Part shown: piece by piece, positions 26,001-36,523 of the stretch
Layout of the letters: every line of letters begins with the position of its first letter
Numbering within the stretch: the stretch's first letter is position 1
From: Eledone cirrhosa
Taxonomy: Eukaryota
Reading direction: 5' to 3'
DNA length: 64,000 nucleotides
Assembly: GCA_964016885.1 (NCBI GenBank)
Contig: OZ024741.1
Span: forward strand, 58,714,001 to 58,778,000
Program-made: the position numbers and the translations under genes
Notes under the pieces: model-generated
Seen by the model: only the letters and a program-made list of their open reading frames with translations
Told to the model about the DNA's origin: nothing
Databases searched by the model: none

Positions 26001-27034
26001 GCCGGTGCTCTGGTGCAATAAGTAGCAGCAAGTACCCACAGAATACTAGCTCATTCCATTGCACAGATGCTTCTATAGAAATAGTGGACACCTTCCGTTA
26101 CCTGGGTGATAAAATCAGCAGTGGTGGAGGGTGCTCTGAAAGTACAGTAGCTAGAGTCAGAACTGGATGGAAATAGTTCAGAGAGCTTATACCACTATTG
26201 GCCGCTAAAGGGTTCTCTCTAATAATGAAAGGCAGGCTGTATGATGCCTGCATACGAACAGCAATGTTACATGGCAGTGAGACTTGGGCATTGTGTGCAG
26301 AGGATATACGCAGACTGGAGAGGAACGAAGCTTGTATGCTCCACTGGATGTGTAATAGTAATATACGTGAACGGCAAAGCATAAACGAACTAAGGGAGAA
26401 ATTAGGAATAAGAGGGATCAGATGTTGTTTACTCGAGAGAAGACTACGTTGGTACGATCACGTGATGTGCATGAAAGACGACAGCTGTATAAAAAAGTGC
26501 AGGGCGATAAAAATAGACGGTAGCCACGGAGTAGGCAGACCCAGAAAAACCTGGGACGACTTGATAAATTCCGACCTCACACACTTACACCTCTCCAAGA
26601 CAATGTCACTGGTCCGAGATCTTTGGCGCTACACAGTAATGCAGAAGACCCGCCTTGCCTAAGTACAAAGCGAAACCTACAGTCAGTAGGCACCTCTAAC
26701 AAAAATACACCCCCGTCCCACCACCATATCCACATCACCCCTTTCAATGTAAAGTTATGTTGGTACCACAACATTCAGTCCAAAATAAATGAGGTCGTGT
26801 AGGTGTCACGACAAAAAAACACACAGTCCACGCTGTAATGTGGCCGTGTAGGTAACACGGTAAAACCTCCCAGCCCACACTGTAAACGTGGTTGGTGTTA
26901 GGAGGGGCATCCAGCCATAGAAAACCCGCCAGACAGTCCTATACGAGCAAGACAACCAATCTTGCCTCAAGTGGGAAAATTCCCGTCCAAACCCATGCAA
27001 GCGTGGAAGATGGACGTTAAACGATGATGATGAT
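23047..27034 (+). mobile_element. Near full-length RTE LINE (subfamily B-like), pseudogenised
   Basis: AP endonuclease (MNVG, IQETRW, AGDLNGHVG, IDY, SQHRL), RT (YADD), PHD-type finger, C-terminus and (GAT)n tail; broken by frameshifts, stops, a deletion near 25480 and a SINE insertion. Confidence 0.93.
24007..24353 (-). mobile_element. Complete tRNA-head SINE with RTE-derived 3' tail, nested in the LINE
   Basis: Head GGAGGCACATGGCTTAGTGG...GTTCAATTC; central CCTTGAGCAAGACACTT (CORE-like); 3' part matches the subfamily A 3'UTR; (GAT)n tail. Confidence 0.88.
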
Positions 27035-27110
27035 TATCAAGCCTCATGAAATAAATACGTTTGTTTATATTTTGTTATTGTGTGTGCAAAAATATCTGTA
27101 CACGAATATA

Positions 27111-27169
<59 letters not shown>

Positions 27170-27517
27170 CAGTACAGAGAAGTACGGAATAGCTCGGCCT
27201 CGAGATGGCGTCTACATTTTGTGCTTATAAAAAAAATTTGTCGTAGATTACCAGGGTTTTTTTGGCGTGCGAAGAAAATCAATACTTTATCGACAAATAA
27301 ATACATTTGTTTATATTTTGTTATTGTGTATGCAAAAATATCTGTTAACGAATATATAATTATATATATATATTAAAATAACATTAAAGTTTAAGCAAAG
27401 AATCGCTGCTTTCACCCTTAACGGGATCTTCTGAAACTAAAAAAAATCAATCTGTGAACGCAAAAGTAAATATTTCGAAAAACGTTACACACTATATATA
27501 TATATACCCACCACGCT

Positions 27518-27787
27518 ATCATCATCATCATCATCATCATTACGTCCGCTTTTCCCTGCTTGCAAGGGTGGGACGGGAACTGATTCTGGCTTAATTTCTA
27601 CAGCTGCATGCCCTTCCTAACACCAACCTCATTTACAGTGAGTGCTGGGTGCTTTATTGCCGTGGCACCTCCACGACCACTTCACGGTGGAATGATATGG
27701 ACCCAGTCCCTATCATCTCATTTCTACAGCTGAGTAAACTGGAGCAATGTGAAATAAAGTGTCTTGCTCAAGGAAACAACACATCAC
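27518..27787 (-). mobile_element. Same SINE family, head-truncated
   Basis: Near-identical to 24007-24280. Confidence 0.85.
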
Positions 27788-27875
27788 GCTATATATCCAT
27801 ATATATACACACATATATATATACACACACACACACCGTCATAATGTCGTAATGCAGACAGCCAGACATACAGTA

Positions 27876-28062
27876 GGGCAGTGGTTTGGCAGTATCGGTA
27901 GAGCATCAGAGACCATGTTTTGCAGCATAGTTATGGCACTTTTCATTCTGAGTTCAAATCTGCCTAGGTTACCTTTGCCTTTCATCCTTATGAGGTCGAT
28001 AAAATAAAGTACCAGTAATGTACTGGGTAATTATTGGCCTTGTGCCAAAAGTAGAAACAATT
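27876..28062 (+). mobile_element. SINE family 2 inside the Helitron
   Basis: GGGCAGTGGTTTGGCAGTATCGGTAGAGC...GTAGAAACAATT. Confidence 0.8.
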
Positions 28063-28394
28063 ATAAGGGCGCAACGTTATATCTATGTATCTATCTAAAA
28101 AGAGAAAGGCTAAGAATTATAGAGAGAGATCGCTAAATCGCCTAATACGGTCCCTAGGGCATTGAAAATTTGAAGTTTGTTTTGCTCAAAACACACACAG
28201 GAATATAAGTATTATATGTGTAAAGTTTTGAAAACAATCGGTTGGATGGTTCTCGAGTTTTAGTGAGCTGACAGACAGGCAGACATTCTCTGTTTTAGAT
28301 ATATAGATAATATTAAATATCTGTAGACTGGGAGTGACAGGTGACATATATTCAAGGTCAATATTTTACTGATTTTCACCGACTTCAAATTCTT

Positions 28395-29030
28395 ATACTC
28401 ACTATATTATACTGTAGCAATATATCTCACTATATTATACTGTAGCAATATATCTCACTACTATATACTGTAACAATATATCTCACTACTATATACTGTA
28501 GCAATATATCTCACTACTATATTATACTGTAGCAATATACCTCACTATATTATACTGTAGCAATATATCACACTATATTATACTGTAGCAATATATCTCA
28601 CTACTATATACTGTAGCAATATATCTCACTACTATATATTGTAGCAATATATCTCACTACTATATACTGTAGCAATATATCTCACTACTATATTATACTG
28701 TAGCAATATATGTCACTATTACTGTAGCAATATATCTCACTGTATTATACTGTAGCAATATATCTCACTGTATTATACTGTAGCAATATATCTCACTACT
28801 ATATACTGTAATAATATATCTCACTACTATATTATACTGTAGCAATATATCTCACTACTATATACTGTAATAATATATCTCACTACTATATTATACTGTA
28901 GCAATATATCTCACTACTATATACTGTAGCAGTATTTCTTACTATATTATACTGTAGCAATATATCTCACTACTTTATACTGTAGCAATATATCTCATTA
29001 CATCATACTGTTGCAGAATCTCTCACTGTA
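28395..29030. repeat. 28/31-bp minisatellite
   Basis: Unit TATATTATACTGTAGCAATATATCTCAC and variants, roughly 22 copies. Confidence 0.92.
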
Positions 29031-29701
29031 TTAAATCATGACAGAATGTTAATTTAAATAAACAGTTTTGTGTCATAGAAACAAGGATAATGTCAGGTAA
29101 ATCACTATGAAAATGGTTGAAGCTAGTATTTCCCATCTGCAGCACAACAGCTATTTTTCAACAGTAATTTACCAGAGATAATAACATCAATATTAGTTTG
29201 CTTTGTTAACATCTGTATAATAAGCTAAACATTATCATTTGAGAGGTTGCCTTATCATTTCTTTCCTCTCCTTTACTCCATTATTACGATTGATGAAGGC
29301 ATCAGTTCAGTTAAAGTCTAGCAAACATAATAATCTTCTACAACACTAATGATTAACAAACACTACCAGATGGTTCCTTCTCATCCAATGTAGCAACAAA
29401 CCATTTAGCAGTACATACACAAAATATGTATCAAAAATATTTATCTGGCATTAACTACTTAATAAAATTGCTTTACAACAAGAGTCATTCAATTATTTGC
29501 TATGTTAATTTGTTCTGTGATATTTCTGAGCCAATTATTTGTTTTTAGACATTCTTGATAAGTTTTATGTATCAGGAATATCTGGGATGAAAACTACTAT
29601 ACATAATGGCGCCAACAAGGGTAGGAGTTAGTAGAATTCATAAACTATCAGACAAATGACCTTGGGATATGAAAAGTCTAGGGATTAAAGGTACTGTACA
29701 T

Positions 29702-29878
29702 AATTGTTTCTACTTTTGGCACAAGGCCAGCAATTACCCAGTACATTACTGGTACTTTATTTTATCGACCCCGTATGGATAAAAGGCAAAGTTAACCTCA
29801 GCGGGATTTGAACTCAGATCGTAAAGGGACGTATCTATGCTGGAAAGCATGTCCGACCCTCTACCGATACTGCCAATT
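29702..29878 (-). mobile_element. SINE family 2
   Basis: Highly similar to 6482-6666. Confidence 0.8.
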
Positions 29879-30357
29879 CGTACATAATGGCAACAACTAG
29901 GATAGAGATTAGTAGAATTGGTAAAGTATCAGATAAAATACATTGTCACTTGGAAAGTCAGAAAAAGAAAGGTATTGCATGTAGCAGTGCTAACAAGGAA
30001 ATGGGGTTATAGAATTGGTAATGTATTAGACAATATACATTGTAGTGTGGCCCTTTATCCCCTGAATTCATTGATGAGTTTGATTACTCTGAGGGAGTAA
30101 ATAATCTGTTTTGGATTCTTGCCTGACTCTGACAGTAACGGAAAGAGAGAGAGAGAGATGATAGGACGGTGGCCCCTATTATTAAAGACATGAGAAACCT
30201 CTCACAAGATGTTTATAGCATCTTTACTAGTGGACAGATCATGAAAGTTTGCAGTATCAAAGACTTTCATTTTAAATGTGACGCCATTATAGTGCTGTTT
30301 TGCATTTCTGAAGAATGTCTTGCTAATGTGGTTTCATGTGGTACAGGATGTTAAGAG

Positions 30358-30745
30358 TTAACCTTTTTGATACCAACCTTCCTGAAACCAGCCTTGGTTT
30401 TATAACATTCATAATTTCATTTAACCCTTTAGCATTTACATTACTCTATATATACAATTGTATTTTCATGGTATCGAATCTCTGAGATTTTGATGTTATT
30501 TATTTTGAGAACAATACCTTAACATCAGTATGAGTGACCAGTTTGAACAGAAAGAGGTGAGAGAATTCTGGCCTGATACAGCCCATTTGAATGTTAAATG
30601 ATTAAGACATATTTGTTATTGTTTCAAACACCAGCTTACTAATGGAAATGTTAGTTATTTCATGAAATTTCTCCAAATCCATTTATTTTCAAAATTATTT
30701 GAAACAGAGTATATTTGATTAAAAATATGGTAACAGAAGAGTTAA
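30358..30745. mobile_element. piggyBac-like MITE with a second TTAA-flanked MITE nested at ~30421-30605
   Basis: TTAACCTTTTTGATACC...GGTAACAGAAGAGTTAA; inner element TTAACCCTTTAGCATT...AATGTTAAATGATTAA. Confidence 0.55.
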
Positions 30746-33224
30746 ACAGACCAATACTATCTTGTAATACATATATTTAATTTATTTCATTCCCTGCAGA
30801 AATCTCTCTTTACACCAAAAATCTCTGAGACACTTGATTTATTAGTTAATCTTATTGCAATATACCTCAATAAAGCACAAGGGTTAACTGCAAAAGTAGA
30901 TTTTTATTCTGTATGCTAATCTTTTTATGTTGGTAATACATTCATGACAGTTAAACAATTGATGTGTTGTGGCTTAGTAACACAGAAGAACACGCTCAGA
31001 TATCAGCATCCTCTTAGAACTAATCACTGCATGCTTTTTTGTTTTGTTGTTTTTTTTATACACTGCTTTCTATAACTAACTAGCCTGAAGAAAGCATTCA
31101 TCTGTGAAACCTCTGGCTTAAATTACACACATCTTTGGGCTCACATGTTACAGTTGCTATGGAGATGGCTATGGCTGTGCAAACATGCTTTAAACCATCC
31201 AAAGAATATAATAAATACACATCGTAAATGACAACGTGATGAAGAGCCACATTTAATGATTGTGAAGATGATTAAATGTGATTACGTTGATAATTTCATT
31301 TAGCAGTTTGTTTTGTTGAGCTTGTGTGAGTCAGACTAAACTAACTGATAAATAGCTAATCAACTTAATTAGTTAAGACTAGCATGACAAAACTACTGCA
31401 GCTTTCTTTGGTTGGTTTCTATATTTCCTCTTTATTTAACAACAACAGCCTAAAGACAGCAATGTTGTAGTTTGAATTCTGTCAGTTCCAACAACTATTC
31501 CAGTTGTTGGATCAGTGGTATAGCCTGCTCATAAGATTAACAAGCAAGTTAATGTAGTTATCAGGAAAATTCAGCATGGCACATTGTGTGACAAGGTTGG
31601 CTCTTTGAATTAAAAGTACAGTCCATCTTGTATTAGTGTAAGTGGCTGAGCATTCCACTGACATATACCCTCTTAATCTAATTCACAGACGAGGCTTGAT
31701 GTTTGAATTATAGGTACAATTCATTTTTTCCAGCTAAATGGACTGGAACCATGTAAAATAAAGTGTCTTGCTTGGGGACACAACACGCCACTGAGAATCA
31801 GACTAACAACCTTGTGAAGCAACCTAACCACTAAGCCATACACTAATAGATAGAAATGCTTCAGGTATGATAGAGTAGTTTTACTGCACAGCCTTGTCAG
31901 CCAGGTTTTGTGAAGTCAAGCACATATATGCACAAGCCCCCCCATTCCCAAACAAACACATGCACAGAAGCACACTCACACACAAACCCACATACGCATG
32001 AGCACCGCTTCCCTAGCCGCCACATACTCACAAACTCATATACACACAGGAGCCCACACTATCACATCCTATTCTCCTCCCCTACCCCTGTCTGTAGAGA
32101 CAGTTCTTCAGTGGAGGGATGTAGGGATTTGATTCCTCATAGGCACTTTTATTCACTTTTTTCTGTCTTCAGGAGTACTTTACCCAATTTTCTCTACAAC
32201 TATTATTTATACTGATCAACTATTATGGTCATTTACAGTGGGATGCACACATTTCAAATTTCCCTAATGCTTCTTAAGTTAACTGCTTTTATACACAGAT
32301 GCACATACTTGCATACATACATACTCACTCATAAGTATATGTTTGTGTAAGTTCTTATTATTTATCCACATGAATTTTTAAAAAAACTATTCTTGGCAAT
32401 AATTACAAATATCTATCAATATTCTTGTGGATTCCTTGGAGAGAATCTTTAATGACTGTGTTACTCATTAAGCAGCAAATAGCAGAATACTGAATATTCC
32501 ATTTGATCAACCCTGGAAACAGTAATAGCCAGAAGTTATTGAAAATATAAGAAGAGATAACACTATTGTTTTTAGCTTATATTTCAAACATTTTTCAAAA
32601 CTTTTATATAAATATCTCTGAGAGTTTCTTTTATGGAAATTAATTAGAAATATGGATGAAAAAAAAAATTACATAGGAGAGCTTTAATTTCTGTTTTATG
32701 ACCTGAAACATATATGAACAGCACGTGGCTCAGTGGTTAGGGTGTTCAGCTCACAATCATAAGATTGAGTTTGATTTCCAGACCAGGTCACACATTGTGT
32801 GTCCTTCAGCAAGACACTTTATTTCATATTCTCATCAAAATGAGTTGTACCTGTAATCTCCCTGGTTCTTCAAGGACAACAGATCAACATTGTCCATAAA
32901 GAACTTGGGTGGACTTTTACATAAGACACATGGAAAAATCCAAATTTAGAGGCAAAAACTAGGAGTTGACTTTTACAGAAATATTTTATATAAATATATT
33001 CAATAGTATGGGTAATTTTATTTGAATGTTGTATTTATGACTTTTAAAATTGTCCTCACATCTATTGTATATCATTTTTCACTCCTCCTATTGTTTATCC
33101 AACCCAATGTCTTTTTGTAAATCTATTTTCATCATGTCCTGTTCTGTAATATATGACTAACAATGTATGAAATTGCTCTTAATGGCTAAATATTATTATT
33201 CTTAGTCTTATTTTATTGCATGTC

Positions 33225-33455
33225 ATCACTGCATTACTGAGCACTGCTCTGTATGCCTTGGGTATGTGCAGTGTTGTTTTGACGTTGTTTCTATTGTAGT
33301 GACAGTTCTTTTTGTAATATGTGTATAGTGCCTGGTAGTGCTATTTTCTGTATGTTGTATATAGTTGGTTATGTATCTGTTTTGTCTGTTGTTTTTTTTT
33401 TTTATCAATCCCGGAGCACCTATCACGATGTTTCATTTTCCATCATCCACATTTG
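33225..33455 (-). mobile_element. Decayed 3' end of an R4/Dong-type (RLE) non-LTR element
   Basis: Reverse strand reads VIGAPGLIKK and, after a frameshift, IQKIALPGTIHIL, resembling the RLE C-terminus VIGALG...QKxxLLGTAxIL. Confidence 0.55.
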
Positions 33456-33480
33456 TGTTATATTATTATCATTGTTATTG

Positions 33481-33910
33481 GGGCAGTGGATTGGCGGTAT
33501 CATTAGAGCGTCAGACATGCTTTGCGGCACATGGTTACAGTTCTTTACAATCTGAGTTCAAATCCCGCCACGGTTAGCTTTGCCTTTCATCCTTACAGGG
33601 TTGGTGAAATAAAGTACCAGTTACGCACTAAGGTTGATTTAATTGACTTTCCCCTCCCCCCCAAATTGTTGGCCTTCTGCCTAAATCAGAAACCATTATT
33701 ATCATTGTTGTGTTGGATTGGCAGACTCATTAGAGTGACAGACAAAATGCTTTGCAGCATTTGTTCTGACTCTTTTTTTCATTCTTCTTTGTCTTTCATC
33801 TTTCCAGGGTTGTCAAAATAAAGTACCAATCAAGTATGAAGCTTATTTAATCAACTCCCCTCACCCCACTCCCAATATTGCTGGTGTTGTGCCTAAATAG
33901 AAATTATTAT
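33481..33910 (+). mobile_element. Two tandem SINE family 2 copies ending just before the splice acceptor
   Basis: Two GGATTGGC...TTTCATC...AAATAAAGTACCA...GCCTAAAT units. Confidence 0.75.
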
Positions 33911-33924
33911 TCTTCTCATTGCAG

Positions 33925-34348
33925 GTGGAGCCCTAAGGAAACTGAAGATTCTCGAGAGGATTACCTACGGTCCCTAGCTCAAAGTGATTTGACACTTAGT
34001 CCAGTTGGAGTAAATACTGAGTGCTATAGGATATATGAAGCACTATCATATGGATCTCTTCCAGTTGTTGAAGACGTTATGACCTCTGGAAACTGCGGCC
34101 ATACAGTTTCGTCCAAAAATATTCCTCTACGGCTGCTAAAAGAAAGTAAAGCACCTTTTATCTATGTTAAACACTGGAGCGAGTTGCCAGCTCTTCTTGA
34201 AAAAGAAGCTGCAATGAGCCAAGTGCAGAAAGCTAATCGTAGACGGCACTTCATTCAGTGGTATGAAGATTTTAAATCCAAAATGAGAGATGTTTTAGTT
34301 CGGACGTTACAAGAAAAATTTTTCTATAAAATTAATAAAATTCAATAA
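33925..34348 (+). CDS. RXYLT1: Ribitol-5-phosphate xylosyltransferase 1 (TMEM5), terminal coding exon
   Basis: TTGCAG acceptor; WSPKET...[40 protein letters not shown]...APFIYVKHW is the recalled TMEM5 C-terminus; TAA at 34346-34348. Confidence 0.95.
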
Positions 34349-34349
34349 T

Positions 34350-34356
34350 ATATATA

Positions 34357-34417
<61 letters not shown>

Positions 34418-34582
34418 ATGTGTATATGCATGTGTATGTGTGTACATATGTATGCGTATATATGTATATATGCATGTGTATGTATATATGCATATTTGTG
34501 TGTGTGTTTGTATATATATATGTATATGTGTGAGTGTATATATATATATACACTCACACTCATATATATATATATATATATA
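34350..34582. repeat. (TA)/(TG) compound microsatellite at the start of the 3'UTR
   Basis: Directly follows the stop codon. Confidence 0.9.
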
Positions 34583-34751
34583 CCTGTTTTAAGTTTTTTT
34601 TTATATGGATCCTTGAATTAAATGTAGTCCCTGTTCAAAGGGACGCTTGTTTGTTCGTTTTTGTTTTTTTGTTTATTCTTTAAAAACAAAATAGCCCATG
34701 TTTTTTTTTTTCTTCTGGGCCTTGATGGGTGCCCTTTGTTGGCATAATGAA

Positions 34752-34765
34752 CACTAGATGGCGCT
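34752..34765 (+). promoter_or_regulatory. CTCF-like motif
   Basis: CACTAGATGGCGCT matches the CTCF core consensus; identical inverted copy at 39797-39810. Confidence 0.5.
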
Positions 34766-35997
34766 TCTAAAAAAATATCTAAACAAAGCAAAAAATATTG
34801 CATTTAGTAAAATTACAAATATTTTTTTTTGTTTTATTTTAAATAAAAATCATAACATTTGTGATATCAAACTGTTCAAATTAATCAAAATGTTTTATTA
34901 TTATCATTATTATTATTGCTGTTGTTATTTAGGGCAGTGGAAATGACAGGAGCATTAGAGCATCAAACAAAATGCTTAGCATATTTAGTTACGTCTCTTT
35001 ACATTCTGAGTTCAAATCCCACCATGATCAACTTTGCCTTTAATCCTTCCTGGATCAATAAAATAAACTTCCAGTCCAGTACTGAGATCGATATAATTAA
35101 CTTTCATCTTCTCTCAAAATTGTTTGTCTTGTGCCAAGAAACCATTATTGTTATTATTGCTCTTCTGTTCTGCTCTGATTTAGCTAAAGGTTTAATGTTT
35201 AAACCCTTTAGTAACATAAATATTAGTAGTATAACTAACTTTCTTTTAATTAAGCTGGTGTTTGGAACATGACTTAATAAAGATTCTTACATGAAATTAT
35301 GATGGAATGTTTTTAGATAAATATAAACATTTTAAAATAAGCTATTTTGTATCTTAGAACCAGGGGCGGTTTCGTGGGGTGGTTATTAAAAAGTTTAACT
35401 CCATGGGGGGAGGAATCATCATTTGCCTCTCTCCCCACCCCTTGGTATGTTAGAATTGTTTGTTTATTTAGTTTAATTTGTTGTTTTTATAAAAGTAAAG
35501 TATACTAGATCAGTTATACACACTGGTTCTCTCTGTCCCTCTCCACTCCTTTTTACCTGCACCTGTATGTACGCATATATGTGAATATATAAGGTGAAAG
35601 CACGTGGCTGAGTAGTTAGAGAATTGGATTCACAATTGTGAAGTTGGGATTTTGATTCCTGGACCAGGCGATGTGCTATATCCTTGAGTAAGACACTTCA
35701 TTTCACTTTGCTCCTTCTGTCTGGATTTGTGACCTGTAGATAGTATTAGCAATTGGAAAGACCAATGGCAACATTGTTTCCTCAATCCAATTTGACGAGC
35801 TCCAACCCACTCGTTAAGCAAATGAGGTCTGAGATCTTGTCAATATATATATAATGTGTGTGTGTTATAAAATGTTGACTAACTAGGGTTGCATTTGCAA
35901 CACACCAATCAAGAAATAATAGTGTAATTAGGATCAAGCACTCAATGTCACATGTGTCCTTCCAATTCCTATGTCAGTAACTGAGTATACATTCAAT

Positions 35998-36310
35998 AAT
36001 AACATAAATGCAAAGGCTAGATTTCAATAATTCATTGTATTACATAATTTGATATTATACGTATTTCTGTGGCATTATTATGTGATATATTTCTAATGCA
36101 ATACAGGCTATAGATGAGGGGATGAATTTGTATTTGATGTTGCTCTTTCAAAAGCCCATCCTCATAATAAATGTATTACCTAAGATGCAGTTGTGTTAAT
36201 GACTGCATGATGGCAGCATTACGTAATTAATAGTGCCACAGAAATATGTATTACAGAGAGTTATGTAGTAAAATGAATTAAAGAGATTTAGCCTTCACAT
36301 TTTTATTATA
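35998..36310. mobile_element. Old foldback/MITE-like element with ~80-bp diverged inverted arms
   Basis: ...AAGGCTAGAT...TATTTCTGTGGCATTATTA is mirrored by TAATAGTGCCACAGAAATA...ATTTAGCCTT. Confidence 0.65.
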
Positions 36311-36391
36311 TGCCTGTATGTGTGTGCGTTTATATATATATCTGTATGTGGTTGACGACTGAAAAGAGTACTCAATACTGAAGTAGTTTTA

Positions 36392-36523
36392 ATATTCATT
36401 TAATTAAGGCTAGAGAGGGAGTCTTGTTACTCTGGAGTTTTGCCTGTTTATCTGATAACCCTGTTGAATAGGCAAAACTCCAGAGTAACAAGTCTCACTG
36501 TTTAGCCTTAATAAAATGAGTAT
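36392..36523. repeat. Inverted repeat, ~57-bp arms with short spacer
   Basis: CTTGTTACTCTGGAGTTTTGCCT / AGGCAAAACTCCAGAGTAACAAG perfect core with imperfect extensions. Confidence 0.9.

Larger units (their letters stand above)
21666..28307 (-). mobile_element. Non-autonomous Helitron carrying nested insertions
   Basis: On the - strand: A|TCTATATATCTAAAA 5' end with a (TCTG)-like tract; subterminal GC-rich hairpin CCCGAGCAACGCTGGA then CTAG|T 3' end; internal segments shared on both sides of the nested LINE. Confidence 0.75.
5587..33924 (+). other. RXYLT1: RXYLT1 last coding intron, 28,338 bp, phase 2
   Basis: GTAAGT...TTGCAG; the join GA|G TGG AGC CCT gives ...RHE-WSPKET, collinear with TMEM5 ...REH-WQPQET. 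Confidence 0.85.

Noticed and set aside
23141-26662. Active autonomous retrotransposon
   Set aside because: Multiple stops, frameshifts, an RT deletion and a SINE insertion; no intact copy in the window
33878-33924. N-terminal extension of ORF 33878-34348
   Set aside because: Intronic/SINE sequence upstream of the AG acceptor; homology starts at WSPKET
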